Below are positions 35,658-46,477 of a stretch of DNA of 64,000 bases, piece by piece (position 1 is the first letter of the stretch; the number at the start of each line of letters is the position of its first letter). Origin of the DNA: Patescibacteria group bacterium (GTDB lineage Bacteria; Patescibacteriota; Microgenomatia; UBA12405); the NCBI GenBank assembly GCA_038062455.1, contig JBBTXE010000001.1:250371-314370 (forward strand), read 5' to 3'. A model generated the notes under the pieces. That model searched no databases. It was not told the origin of the DNA and saw only the letters and a program-made list of their open reading frames with translations. The position numbers and the translations under genes were made by a program.

Positions 35658-37839
35658 AATTGAAAAATATTTTACCAATTTGAACAAAATCGCTGGAGAA
35701 TTATTTGTTACCAAGGAAAATTTACAACTCCTTCAATTTAAACTTAATACTATCTATCAAAGCCCGGCATTTATATTTTACAAATTTACTAAACCAATTA
35801 TCAGCCATCCTTACAATATGATCAAAAATATAATACCAATTACTTTACGAAAAAAAATCAAAAAATACCTATCTAAAATCATCATTTTTAATCAAAAGAA
35901 TCAAATCAACTATGCTTTAAAGCAAGAATGGAAAAAATTTACAAAAAAACAACCCCAAGAAATAAAACACGATATAATAATCTTTAGTCTTATTTCCTGG
36001 AACTTTCGCTTCCAACGTCCCCAGCAACTTGCCACCGAGTTAAGCCATCTCGGTCACCGTGTCTTTTATATTAACAACGAGTTCATTCCCCAAAGACTGT
36101 CCCGCTCCGGCTTCCAGGCCATTAATGCAGAAAAAATTTCTGACAATCTCTATCAGATTAACATCTCTTCAGGTTCTCGACACTTTATCTACCATGACAC
36201 CGCTAATTCCAAAGATGTTGCTATCATGCTGGGTTCTATTAAAACTCTCCTTAACAAAGCCCGCATCGTCAATCCTGTCGCTCTAATTGAGCACCCGTTT
36301 TGGTATCCATTAGCCCAAAAACTTTCCATGCCTCTCGTCTACGACTGCATGGACAATCACTCAGGTTTCCAAGAAACATCACCGGAAAATGTCAAAGCCG
36401 AATCGGAAATGATCCGGTCAACAAATTTCAATATTGCCTCTTCCGACTATCTCCTAAAATATCTAAAGCGCCACCGTTCAACCGATACCCTTCTTGTCTG
36501 CAATGGTGCCAACCTTTCCCATTTTCAGGAAAAAAGACTTACCCCGCCTGATGACATCGCCAAACTCCCGCCCCCGATAATCGGATACTACGGAGCTCTT
36601 GCCAACTGGTTTGATACCACTTTACTTGAAAAAATTGCCCAACACCAACCCCACGCCTCTATTGTTCTTATTGGTGAAGTCACTAACAAAAAAATTTTAA
36701 AACTTTCCTATAAATATCCAAACATAAAATTATTAGGTGAGAAACCATATTCCTCCATTCCTTCTTGTTTAAAAAAATTTGATGTCGCCCTCATCCCTTT
36801 TAAAATCAACCCGCTAACAAAAGCCACTAATCCGGTTAAAATCTTCGAATATTTCTCTCAAGGAAAATCTGTCGTCAGTACCAACCTACCAGAGCTAAAA
36901 AAGTACGAAAAAATTCTTTATCTCTCCCAAAATCATACCGAATTTCTAAAAAATATTGACCTCGCCCTATCCGAAAACACATCCAAAATAATTTTACGTC
37001 GCCAAGTTGCTTCCCAAAACCAATGGTCCGCCAAGGCTAAACAAATTTCAGAAAAACTGTCTTCCTACTTTCCCAAGGTCAGCATCGTCATCTTAGTCTA
37101 CAACAGCACTCAAATGTCCAAAGATAGCATTGACACTGTTCTCAATCGATCCTTTTATCCCAACAAGGAAATCATTGTTGTTGACAATGCCTCAAAGCCG
37201 GACACAGTCAGAATGCTTAAAAAATATCAAAATAATCCGGAGATAAAATTGGTTTTAAATGAGGAAAACTACGGCTTTGCTAAAGGCAACAATATCGGCA
37301 CCCGTCTGGCAACGGGAGAATATATAGTACTACTAAATAACGATATATTAGCCACACCGGGATGGATTGAAAGATTGGTTTACTGCGCCTCAAAAAACAA
37401 GATAGGCCTCGTTGGTCCGATAACCAATAGCATTGGCAACGAAGCCAAAATCGATATCGAATATGACCATACCGATCGAAAACAAATGGAACGAAGAGTT
37501 CGAAAATACACTTCCCGGCACTGGGGTGAAACTCAAAATTTACAAAATCTTGCCGCCTTTTGTTGGATCTGTCCTAAAACAGTCTACGACAAAATAGGGG
37601 AGTTAGACGAACGTTTCGGTCGGGGTATGTTTGAAGATGATGACTATTGCCACCGCCTCAAAAAAGCCGGTTATCAAATTCTTTGTGCCGAAGATTCGTT
37701 CATCCATCACTTTGGCGGAGCTTCCTTTAAACAAATCGTCTCGCAGGAATATCTTGACTTATTTGAATCAAATAAAAAGAAATTTGAAGCCAAGTGGAAA
37801 ATTAAATGGCAACCCCACCGTTATCGCCAAGGTCTATGA
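35638..37839 (+). CDS. Multidomain glycosyltransferase: coiled-coil N-terminus, GT4-like middle domain, GT2 C-terminal domain
   Basis: 733 aa. The middle region resembles a GT-B enzyme (IGYYGALANWFD, VALIPFKINPLTKATNPVKIFEYFSQGKSVV). The C-terminal part has VSIVILVYNS, IIVVDNASKPDT and YGFAKGNNIG. Confidence 0.7.
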   Translation: MKKNNPEIEKYFTNLNKIAGELFVTKENLQLLQFKLNTIYQSPAFIFYKFTKPIISHPYNMIKNIIPITLRKKIKKYLSKIIIFNQKNQINYALKQEWKKFTKKQPQEIKHDIIIFSLISWNFRFQRPQQLATELSHLGHRVFYINNEFIPQRLSRSGFQAINAEKISDNLYQINISSGSRHFIYHDTANSKDVAIMLGSIKTLLNKARIVNPVALIEHPFWYPLAQKLSMPLVYDCMDNHSGFQETSPENVKAESEMIRSTNFNIASSDYLLKYLKRHRSTDTLLVCNGANLSHFQEKRLTPPDDIAKLPPPIIGYYGALANWFDTTLLEKIAQHQPHASIVLIGEVTNKKILKLSYKYPNIKLLGEKPYSSIPSCLKKFDVALIPFKINPLTKATNPVKIFEYFSQGKSVVSTNLPELKKYEKILYLSQNHTEFLKNIDLALSENTSKIILRRQVASQNQWSAKAKQISEKLSSYFPKVSIVILVYNSTQMSKDSIDTVLNRSFYPNKEIIVVDNASKPDTVRMLKKYQNNPEIKLVLNEENYGFAKGNNIGTRLATGEYIVLLNNDILATPGWIERLVYCASKNKIGLVGPITNSIGNEAKIDIEYDHTDRKQMERRVRKYTSRHWGETQNLQNLAAFCWICPKTVYDKIGELDERFGRGMFEDDDYCHRLKKAGYQILCAEDSFIHHFGGASFKQIVSQEYLDLFESNKKKFEAKWKIKWQPHRYRQGL

Positions 37840-38882
37840 AAATTGCTATCATCCTTGGAACCAGACCGGAAATCATCAAGCTTTCTCCTGTCATTCGCCA
37901 ATGTCAGAAAAGTAATATCGATTTCTTTATTATTCACAGCAACCAACATTACAGTCCTGAAATGGATAAGATCTTCTTTAGTGAGCTAAAACTACCCCAA
38001 CCTAAATACAATCTCAATGTCGGATCAGGCCTTCATGGGGAAATGACGGCTAAAATATTAATTGGTACTGAAAAAATTTTGCTTAAGGAGCTTCCTGATT
38101 GGGTTCTGGTTCAAGGTGATACCAATACTATTTTGGCCGGCGCTTTAGCCGCTTCCAAACTTCAAATAAAAGTTGGCCATGTCGAAGCCGGACTCCGTTC
38201 CTACGATCGGACCATGCCCGAAGAGACTAACCGAATTATTACTGACCACATCTCTGACGCTCTTTTCGTCCCCACTCAAAATCAAAAAAAGATTTTATTG
38301 AAAGAGGGGATTGAACCCCGAAAAATATTTGTTACCGGAAATACTATTGTTGACGCCATAATCCAAAATTTAAAACTAATCTCCCCTCAAAAACCTACTC
38401 AAAAATACTTTTTACTCACTCTTCATCGTCCGTCAAACGTCGACGATGCAAAAAAACTAAATCAAATAATCAAATCACTCGAAAGCGTTTCTCAAAAATA
38501 CAAATTACCTTTTATTTTCCCCATCCATCCCCGAACCAAACAAAATCTTAAATTTTTTAAAATTAATTTAAACCCTAAATATTTTTCCGTATTGAAGCCA
38601 TTAAGTTATCTGGAAATGCTATATTTGGAAAAAAATGCCACTCTAATTTTTACCGATTCCGGCGGCATTCAGGAAGAGGCTTGTATACTTAAGATCCCCT
38701 GCGTCACTATTCGTGACAATACTGAACGACCGGAAACTATCAAAGTCGGCGCCAACACATTGGCGTCAGCAACCAATCTCTCTTCCCGAACAAAAAAAAT
38801 GCTAAAAATAAAAAGGGACTGGCCCAATCCTTTCGGCGCCGGCCAATCATCTCTAAAAATATTAAAAATCATCACCTCTTAA
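37836..38882 (+). CDS. wecB: UDP-N-acetylglucosamine 2-epimerase (non-hydrolysing type)
   Basis: MKIAIILGTRPEIIKLSPV, VQGDTNTILAGALAA, HVEAGLRSYDRTMPEETNR, VTGNTIVDA. The ATGA overlap places the start at 37836. Confidence 0.85.
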   Translation: MKIAIILGTRPEIIKLSPVIRQCQKSNIDFFIIHSNQHYSPEMDKIFFSELKLPQPKYNLNVGSGLHGEMTAKILIGTEKILLKELPDWVLVQGDTNTILAGALAASKLQIKVGHVEAGLRSYDRTMPEETNRIITDHISDALFVPTQNQKKILLKEGIEPRKIFVTGNTIVDAIIQNLKLISPQKPTQKYFLLTLHRPSNVDDAKKLNQIIKSLESVSQKYKLPFIFPIHPRTKQNLKFFKINLNPKYFSVLKPLSYLEMLYLEKNATLIFTDSGGIQEEACILKIPCVTIRDNTERPETIKVGANTLASATNLSSRTKKMLKIKRDWPNPFGAGQSSLKILKIITS

Positions 38883-39812
38883 ATGTTTTCGTTCACTAAA
38901 AGCTATCAAGATAAAATGGCGGCGGAAATATCTCACTATGAAAACGTTTTTAAAAATTCACTCTGTCAGGCAGTTCCCCCTTCCTGGCACTATGTCGAAA
39001 AATACTTTTCTCGCCGCATCAAAAAAGCCACCGCAGTAAACAACCTATACCAATACGTTTCACGCTTCGCTCAAGGTAAAAAACATCTTGATATCCTCGG
39101 CCTTGGTTCCGGTGCCTGCGGCCCGGAACTTGAAGGTATTATTCCAGAACTAAAAAAACAAAAGAGCAAAGTTCACCTTTCCTGTTTGGATATCAATCGT
39201 CAAGCTCTAAACACAGCCAGAAAAGAAGCCAAAAAAAGAAAAATTGACTTTACCGCCCTTATCCGTGATATTAATTTTTTTTCTTTCCCTCAAAACAAAT
39301 ATGACATCATTGTCGCCCACGCCTCACTTCACCACTTTGACAAACTAGATCATGTCATTCAAGGCGTCAATCAAGCGCTTAAACCAGATGGCATCTTTAT
39401 TACAGTTGATATTCCCACCAAAAACGGCTATCTTATGTGGCCAGAAACTTATCAGTACGTCTCTGATATTTGGAAAATTCTGCCTCCTAAATACAAAATT
39501 GATCACACTAAACATGCCAAACCTGTTTTTGCTCCAAAATACGAAAACGTTGACTACTCAAAAACATCTTTCGAATGCGCCAATTCCGAAAAAGTTTTAC
39601 CCACTCTCCGCCGTTATCTTCGGGAAATCGTCTTTGTCCCCGGAATGTCAATCAGTCGCCGATTTTTTGATACCAAATTTGGCCCCAATTACAACCTAAA
39701 GAACCCCATCGACAAATCAATTATGGACTTTATTTTAAATCTTGATAATTATCTTCTTGATCAAAACATTTTAAAACCCGAAACCTTCTTCGGTGTTTAT
39801 CGAAAAATATGA
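38883..39812 (+). CDS. Class I SAM-dependent methyltransferase
   Basis: 309 aa. LDILGLGSGACGPEL (motif I), YDIIVAHASLHHF, LKPDGIFITVD. Confidence 0.7.
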   Translation: MFSFTKSYQDKMAAEISHYENVFKNSLCQAVPPSWHYVEKYFSRRIKKATAVNNLYQYVSRFAQGKKHLDILGLGSGACGPELEGIIPELKKQKSKVHLSCLDINRQALNTARKEAKKRKIDFTALIRDINFFSFPQNKYDIIVAHASLHHFDKLDHVIQGVNQALKPDGIFITVDIPTKNGYLMWPETYQYVSDIWKILPPKYKIDHTKHAKPVFAPKYENVDYSKTSFECANSEKVLPTLRRYLREIVFVPGMSISRRFFDTKFGPNYNLKNPIDKSIMDFILNLDNYLLDQNILKPETFFGVYRKI

Positions 39813-41656
39813 GTTTTCTACCCATTTTTTTTCAAAACCGACCAATCCTTGTTATCTTTATTCTGGCTGCAATATTAAGTTTTCCCCTTTACTTATTAAC
39901 CCATGTTAATAACCGCCGACTCCAAATAATTATTTCCCTTACCTTTCTGGCCCTAGCCTTTTTTTACTTCGGCCTTCTTCCCACCGCCTTTCTGATCATT
40001 TTATTACTGGCTATTCTCTCGTTTTCCCAAAAGTTTTCCCTTTCTTTAATTGTCGTCTTTTTTTTCACCATTCAAACCTACATTATCCTCGGCCTGATAT
40101 TTTCTCCCCTCATTTCCCTCTATTCCCTTCTTTTATTTTGCCTCATCTACCTTATCTTTAACCTACCTCGCCTTTCTTATTCCTTCCTCCACCACCTCAA
40201 TCTGATTGACTGTTTCTTTCTGCTGACTATTATTATTCTCGGCTCCTTTCCCCAAACCCATTACGACGCTATCCACGCCAATTTATACACCGCCAAATGG
40301 TATGTCAACCTCAACTCCTTCTCACCCCTTCCCGAAGCTACTTCCTCCCTTTTCCCTCAAAACAGCATTTTTTACTACTCATTCTTTTACGCCCTCGGCC
40401 AGGAAAAAACTCTAGAAATCGCCTTTCTGATACCAGCCTTAATACTTCTTTTTTGGATAAAAAAACTATCCTTTCGCTCTTATTTACCCTATCTTTTGCT
40501 TTTAAGCCCAATCGTTTTTTTTGAATCCACTACCGGCTACTATGACCTCTTCACCGCTTCTCTGACTCTTTCCGGTCTTCTTCTTCTCCTAAAAAACAAA
40601 CCACTATCTGCCGCCTTACTAATTGGAATAGCTGCTGCCACCAAATTTTTCCCTTTGATATTTTTTCCTCTGCCCCTTCTTTTTATTCTTAAGAAAAAAA
40701 ATATTTCCTCCCTTCTTTTTTGCCTTTTACTTCTCACCCTGCCTCTCGGACTTAATTTTTTTCGCACCTATTTTGCTACCGGTTCTCCAGTTTTCCCCTT
40801 CTATCAACAATACTTTCCCACCCCGAAACTTTGGTCGCCCAATGATCACCTCGAACAAAATCCCATGATTCAAACCACCATGAATCACTCCACCTGGATC
40901 AAAGGCGGTTTTTTGACCTATCCCCTTCTTTCATTTTTCCACACCTCTGAGTTTTTCGAATCTCCTTCCTATTTTCCTACCTTTATTCCTATCCTCTTTT
41001 TACCCTTATCATGTTTGGCACTTTATCTTATTTTGTTTAAAAAAACCTTATCACCCCGAGTTAAAATTATCTTTCTTTCAAGTCTTTTGGGCTATTTTAT
41101 TATCGGCCTTTTAACTCGCTACTATCGTTATCTCTGGCCATACCAATTTTATCTTTCCTTTTTTAGCCTCCTTGTTATTCATCGACATTTTCTTTTTTCC
41201 CGCCCACTTTTCATCAGCCTAAACGCCCTGTCTCTTATTCTCCTCCTTTTTAACCTTCGTTACTCCCAAATCTACTTTCAAATATTTCATCCAACATTAC
41301 CCCAAATTTTTCAGCCAAATTTCTACCAAATCAACAATATCAGCCGTGATCCGATCAGTGCCCTCAACCAATATTCCAACTTTAACCAAAACATTGCTAT
41401 TCTTGACTCCTCCTCCAATCCCTCTGGACGTCTTTATCGCTCCGGCCGTACCTATTTTTGTAATTGGTATTGGTATACCTGGCCCCTTGACTCACTTAAG
41501 CCAGATCTAATAAAAAAATTTGATTATATAATCACCTCCAACCCCCCAATCGACAATAATATTTGTCGTCCAATGGTTAAAAACACTATTCCACTTTCCC
41601 GGCTGATTTATGAAAACAAAGAGTATCAAATTTATCAAACTCCATGGTCAAAATAG
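39809..41656 (+). CDS. Polytopic membrane protein, probable GT-C glycosyltransferase (DUF2029-like block)
   Basis: 615 aa with at least 12 hydrophobic segments. GIAAATKFFPLIFFPLPLLF block similar to the one in the 1636 gene. About 130 aa C-terminal soluble part. Confidence 0.4.
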   Translation: MSFLPIFFQNRPILVIFILAAILSFPLYLLTHVNNRRLQIIISLTFLALAFFYFGLLPTAFLIILLLAILSFSQKFSLSLIVVFFFTIQTYIILGLIFSPLISLYSLLLFCLIYLIFNLPRLSYSFLHHLNLIDCFFLLTIIILGSFPQTHYDAIHANLYTAKWYVNLNSFSPLPEATSSLFPQNSIFYYSFFYALGQEKTLEIAFLIPALILLFWIKKLSFRSYLPYLLLLSPIVFFESTTGYYDLFTASLTLSGLLLLLKNKPLSAALLIGIAAATKFFPLIFFPLPLLFILKKKNISSLLFCLLLLTLPLGLNFFRTYFATGSPVFPFYQQYFPTPKLWSPNDHLEQNPMIQTTMNHSTWIKGGFLTYPLLSFFHTSEFFESPSYFPTFIPILFLPLSCLALYLILFKKTLSPRVKIIFLSSLLGYFIIGLLTRYYRYLWPYQFYLSFFSLLVIHRHFLFSRPLFISLNALSLILLLFNLRYSQIYFQIFHPTLPQIFQPNFYQINNISRDPISALNQYSNFNQNIAILDSSSNPSGRLYRSGRTYFCNWYWYTWPLDSLKPDLIKKFDYIITSNPPIDNNICRPMVKNTIPLSRLIYENKEYQIYQTPWSK

Positions 41657-43083
41657 TCTCTCTGCTGATTTCTCTTGCCTTCGCCTTTGCCTACAGTTCA
41701 CGATCTATGGAGATTTATTATCATCATCAAACCCGCGGTGATCTTACCAGCTTTGCCCAAGCCACATGGAATTCCACCCAAGGACGAAGCATGCAAAACA
41801 CCTTTAATTACAGTGTTCACAATTTTTGGGGAGACAGAAATGCTATTATTCCCGCTGACAGCAACATCTTTGGCATTCATCTAAACCCCATTCTTTATCT
41901 CTTTGTCCCTATTTATTCTCTTCGTCCCCACCCCACCACCCTTCTTCTTATCCAAAGCATCCTAACTGCTCTGGCCGGATACCTATTTTTTCTTATTTCA
42001 TCCTACCTACTAAAAAATCAACCTGTTTCTCTTTTAATTCAAATTTCCTTACTATCATACTTTGCCACTGTGTCGGCAGTTCTGAGTGAATTTCACGCCT
42101 TTACCCTATCCATATTCTTTGCTTCTCTCTTTATCTATTTTTATATCAAACAAAAATTCTGGGCATATTACCCGACCCTTATATTATTTTTCTTTGTCCA
42201 GGAAAACACTGCCTTGGCTACCATTTTTTTTGGATTATATTTGATTTTCTTCACCAAACGCAAACTCCACGGCCTAATTACTACCATCTTAAGCATTACC
42301 TATTTCTTTCTGGCAATTAAACTGATTATTCCCTTCTTTTCTAATTACCCCGCCTATATTTTTGAAAGCGCTTATGGTAATCCCTTGGGTAATAATCTAT
42401 CAGAAATAGTAATTAACTCGATTATCCACCCCGATATTCTAATCAAGCAAATTTTTAGTCCTGAAAATCTCAATTATCTTTTAAAACTTCTCATTCCCCT
42501 ATCTCCCCTGGTTATATTTTCTCCGGCTTCTTTCCTGGTAGCCATCGCTTCACTGACCACCAACCTGATCAGTAGTTCTTCACCTCTCAAGTCTCAACTT
42601 ATGCACTACGAGTCGATTGCTGTCCCCTTCCTTTTCTTTAGTCTTGTATTGGGTATTAAATTTTTTCACCGACTTCCAAAGATTGTCCCCATTCTTATCC
42701 TGACTGCTTTTACTCTTTTCGGTTACAAAAAATTTACTTCGCTTCGCCTCAATCCCCATCTGATATTTTTTCATGAATACACTTCCCTTGATCAAAAAAT
42801 TGACCAAATTATCACTCTTATCCCGCCAAATACATCTGTAACCACTCAAGATTATTTGTCGGGGCACCTCACCAATCGCCGTTTTCTCTATCTTTTTCCC
42901 GTCTATTCTGAAAAATCAGATTATGTCTTTATCGCCAACAAACAAAGCACCTGGCCACTTAGCACTGAGGAACACCATCAAATTATCTCTCAATTACTAG
43001 CCACTAAAAATTTCCAGACCGTCTTTCAAGACAATGACTTCTATCTTTTTAAAAATCTCCGTTCACCCATGCTTGGTTTTTGA
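41644..43083 (+). CDS. DUF2079-like polytopic membrane protein
   Basis: 479 aa. RGDLTSFAQATWNSTQGR and FGIHLNPILYLFVP blocks as I recall them from DUF2079 proteins (not searched). Confidence 0.5.
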   Translation: MVKIVSLLISLAFAFAYSSRSMEIYYHHQTRGDLTSFAQATWNSTQGRSMQNTFNYSVHNFWGDRNAIIPADSNIFGIHLNPILYLFVPIYSLRPHPTTLLLIQSILTALAGYLFFLISSYLLKNQPVSLLIQISLLSYFATVSAVLSEFHAFTLSIFFASLFIYFYIKQKFWAYYPTLILFFFVQENTALATIFFGLYLIFFTKRKLHGLITTILSITYFFLAIKLIIPFFSNYPAYIFESAYGNPLGNNLSEIVINSIIHPDILIKQIFSPENLNYLLKLLIPLSPLVIFSPASFLVAIASLTTNLISSSSPLKSQLMHYESIAVPFLFFSLVLGIKFFHRLPKIVPILILTAFTLFGYKKFTSLRLNPHLIFFHEYTSLDQKIDQIITLIPPNTSVTTQDYLSGHLTNRRFLYLFPVYSEKSDYVFIANKQSTWPLSTEEHHQIISQLLATKNFQTVFQDNDFYLFKNLRSPMLGF

Positions 43084-43687
43084 TCCCCAATCTTTTTAAA
43101 TATTCTCTCTCCTTTACTTTGTTACCAGTCGTTAAGGCCGCTATTTTATTCTTATCATTCATCTTTATTAGTTCTTCTACTTCTGTTTGGTTTGGGTTCA
43201 TCTCGTAACCATAACTGTTTATCGGAGTCACCACCAGATCCATCTTTAACCCCCACTCATAAAACTGGCTCACCGCTCTGACAAAATTATTCGTCATCAC
43301 TCCTACTTTTATTGTCGGTCTTATTTTCTTTATGATCTTAATACTACTTTCTAAAATTACATTTGTCTTCAATGCTACCGACAGATCAGTTATTTGATCA
43401 GAAATTAATATATAATCTGCCTTTTCATCTTTTAACTTTATTAGCTCAATTTGAACTAATAAAAGCACTCCATAAGCAAATTCCATTTTAACTAGATGGG
43501 TCAGATTTTTTAAATTCCACCACCCCAAAGTTAAAATCCCCCCAATACCCAAATCTATCATTCTACTCATCAGAGCCCCCAAATTCCCTTTCTCGGACAC
43601 CTCTCGAATAAACAAAGTCATGTCTGGTATTACCAGTCCTTCCATATTATTTATTTTTATTTTATTCTGCATATTTGTAAGCATCAA
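43049..43687 (-). CDS. Hypothetical protein
   Basis: 212 aa ORF that is last in the minus-strand operon. No motif I can assign. Its 5' end overlaps the upstream gene by 26 nt. Confidence 0.35.
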   Translation of the reverse strand: MMLTNMQNKIKINNMEGLVIPDMTLFIREVSEKGNLGALMSRMIDLGIGGILTLGWWNLKNLTHLVKMEFAYGVLLLVQIELIKLKDEKADYILISDQITDLSVALKTNVILESSIKIIKKIRPTIKVGVMTNNFVRAVSQFYEWGLKMDLVVTPINSYGYEMNPNQTEVEELIKMNDKNKIAALTTGNKVKEREYLKRLGIKNQAWVNGDF

Positions 43688-45560
43688 AAATCATTTCCTC
43701 CACCTCTTTAGCAAAAAAAAGGGGAGTACTGGTATTTTTTCTCAACAAACAATTTTCAATAAATTCTCGATCCTCAAGATAATAAGCATCACCTCCTGAC
43801 CTGGGATTTAAATTAAAAACTTCCCGCTCACAAGGAATTTCTTCATAATCATATCTCTTTGCATTTACCCACAATTTATTGTCTTTAAAAATTATTTTTC
43901 CTTTGTTCCCTTGTATTTCAATTTCTATTTTTAAGACTGGCTCATTTTTAACACTCCAAGAAACTAACAACTCCCCTGCAATTTTTCCATGTTTTAATCC
44001 AACTCTTGCCTCATCTTCCACCTCATTTCCATAAATATATTTTATCCGGCTTGACTCAACTTTTCCCTTCCCAAATAAAAATCTTATTACTGAAAAAGCG
44101 TGCGGCCCAGGGTTCATCAGTACCCCGCCACCCGATAATTTTTTACAAAACATCCAGCCACTTTTTCTCCCAAACACTTCTCCATGTTTTAAATTTATTC
44201 GGTAACTCTCAACCTCCCCAATAACTTTTCTTAATAACATCTTTTTAATAAATCTAATTTCTCGCTTTTGTACCCAAAAATAGCCCGTCATTGATTTGTC
44301 CCTTACTTTTTTTGTCATTTTTTTATCAATTTCATACCAATCTTCATACTTTGCCAACACCGGCTTTTCCACCATAAAAGGCACGTCATATCTTAAACAC
44401 ACTTTAACAATGTCCCAATGATTAAAATTGGGGGTACAAATAAACACTGCCTCAATTTTCTCCGTTTCAATTGCTTTTGTGAGATCTTCATAAAATCTGG
44501 CACCAAAACCCATGCTTACCGCTGTTTTACCCAGCTTTTTATCAATATCCACCACCGCCGCAATTTCCACCTCATCCATTGTTGCCAATATAGTAGCGTG
44601 CAAAATACCCATTTTCCCTAAACCTACTATCGCCACCTTTATTTTCTTTTTCTCTTTTAAATACTTCCTCACCCCCTCAACCACCGATAGGGGATTTATT
44701 CCCAGCTTTTTTATTGCTTTTCTTGGACGACAATAAGTATCCTGGTTTGACCCTAAAACATTATCAATACTTACTGGCAAATTGGAAATAATTTTTGTCG
44801 CGACCCAAACTGCCAATAAACCTGCTCCAAAAGGAATGTTTATAATTTTTTTTCTTACCCCCAACTCGTTCTGAATCAAATCAACCAACTCGTTAAATCT
44901 AATACCCTTCTCACAACCTATGTCATAAACTTTCCCAACCGTACTATCATTTTTTAACGTTTTCACAATTATATTAGCCACATCATCGACATCAATCGGA
45001 TACAATTTCCACTTTCCGTCTCCAATTACTGGAATAACTGGTAATTTCAAGGCATAATTAGCAATAGTTTTAAATATTGTATTTTTATCATCACCATAAA
45101 CCAAGCTTGGTTTCAGTGTCGTCCACTTTATTCCTGATGCATTCATGATTATCTGATCGCCTTTTGACTTTGACTTTCCGTACACTCCCTGCCACTTTAT
45201 TTTTGTTGACTGTGAACTAATATTTACCACTCTCTTGCTTCTGACTCTTCCTTCTCCCACCAATCGAACTATGTTTTGAGCTCCTTTAATACTCACTTCA
45301 AAACTTTTTTGGGGGTGATATTTGTTCGCCGCTAAATGAACTACAGCATCAACTACACCCACTCCTTTCATTAATTTTTCATAATCACAAATATCGACCC
45401 TTACTACCTCTAGATTTTTATGAGGTTTTAAACGACAAAAATTGTCATCTCGAACCAGTGCCTTTACCAAAAAACCACTGGCTAACAATATCTCGACTGT
45501 TCTCTTGCCAATAAAACCATTTGCCCCTGTCACCAAAATTGTTTCTTTCATTTTTGACAT
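43662..45560 (-). CDS. Fusion protein: NAD-dependent epimerase/dehydratase (SDR) N-terminal domain plus Gfo/Idh/MocA oxidoreductase C-terminal domain
   Basis: 632 aa. ILVTGANGFIGKRTV Rossmann motif at the N-terminus. A second Rossmann motif, KVAIVGLGKMGILHA, near residue 305, followed by FMVEKPV (EKP motif). Confidence 0.75.
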   Translation of the reverse strand: MSKMKETILVTGANGFIGKRTVEILLASGFLVKALVRDDNFCRLKPHKNLEVVRVDICDYEKLMKGVGVVDAVVHLAANKYHPQKSFEVSIKGAQNIVRLVGEGRVRSKRVVNISSQSTKIKWQGVYGKSKSKGDQIIMNASGIKWTTLKPSLVYGDDKNTIFKTIANYALKLPVIPVIGDGKWKLYPIDVDDVANIIVKTLKNDSTVGKVYDIGCEKGIRFNELVDLIQNELGVRKKIINIPFGAGLLAVWVATKIISNLPVSIDNVLGSNQDTYCRPRKAIKKLGINPLSVVEGVRKYLKEKKKIKVAIVGLGKMGILHATILATMDEVEIAAVVDIDKKLGKTAVSMGFGARFYEDLTKAIETEKIEAVFICTPNFNHWDIVKVCLRYDVPFMVEKPVLAKYEDWYEIDKKMTKKVRDKSMTGYFWVQKREIRFIKKMLLRKVIGEVESYRINLKHGEVFGRKSGWMFCKKLSGGGVLMNPGPHAFSVIRFLFGKGKVESSRIKYIYGNEVEDEARVGLKHGKIAGELLVSWSVKNEPVLKIEIEIQGNKGKIIFKDNKLWVNAKRYDYEEIPCEREVFNLNPRSGGDAYYLEDREFIENCLLRKNTSTPLFFAKEVEEMIFDAYKYAE

Positions 45561-46474
45561 ACTAACAATAAATTTTCCCCTTCCAGTCCCTCTTCATCCT
45601 TCACAATTTCATTATCAAATAAAATTTCCTTGTATGACGTTTTATACTTCAATAAGTTCAAAAAGTTCCCTAACTGCGTCACTTTATCAAACACATTTCT
45701 TGGCACTTTATCTCTCACCCATCGAAACAAACCGTTAGCCCACGTTCCTGGTTTTATCTTTTCAACTCCTGCTACAAATATCTTTTTAAACTGATAATTT
45801 TTTAACAAGTCAATCTTTGCCTTATCTCGACCGAATACTCCTACTGCCAGTTCCAGTAACTCGTTTTTTGTATATTCATGTAAATGTGGCGGAATCAACC
45901 TGCCATCTTCTTTTTCTTCTTTGTTCTCACCATACACTCCTTGACACCATCTTCGCTCCGGAGTCCCAACTAGCACCACTCCTCCATCCTTTACCAACGT
46001 TTTTGCCCCTTCTAAAAACTTTTTACCATCCGCTTTTATCAAATGCTCAATCACATGCGACGAAATCACCACATCAAAACTACCTTTGGGCAATATAGTC
46101 TTTTTGGCATCTGACACTAAAAAAAATAATCCTTCAGTTTTGTAATTTTTATTGGCATATTCAATACATTCCGACGTATAATCAATTCCCCAAATTTCCG
46201 CCCTCGGCACTTCATTTTTTAAAAACGCCAACATCCTCCCCGTCCCACATCCTAACTCTATTATTTTTATCTTTTTCTTTTTTACTTTTTTCAAATACCT
46301 CAATGCAGCTAAATACACCGGTAACACCGCCCCATAATGCATCAGCGGAGTTCGACTTTCAGACCCTGCTCCCTGTTTCGCCACTTCAATTGGAACTTTC
46401 CCGTCTACTTTGCCCCTCGACCACCACCAATATCTCCTGGCCTCATTCTTTAAACTTGAATATTTAATTTTCAT
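45548..46474 (-). CDS. Class I SAM-dependent methyltransferase
   Basis: 308 aa. IIELGCGTGRMLAFL, DVVISSHVIEHL, VKDGGVVLVGTP. Confidence 0.75.
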   Translation of the reverse strand: MKIKYSSLKNEARRYWWWSRGKVDGKVPIEVAKQGAGSESRTPLMHYGAVLPVYLAALRYLKKVKKKKIKIIELGCGTGRMLAFLKNEVPRAEIWGIDYTSECIEYANKNYKTEGLFFLVSDAKKTILPKGSFDVVISSHVIEHLIKADGKKFLEGAKTLVKDGGVVLVGTPERRWCQGVYGENKEEKEDGRLIPPHLHEYTKNELLELAVGVFGRDKAKIDLLKNYQFKKIFVAGVEKIKPGTWANGLFRWVRDKVPRNVFDKVTQLGNFLNLLKYKTSYKEILFDNEIVKDEEGLEGENLLLVCQK

Positions 46475-46477
46475 TCA

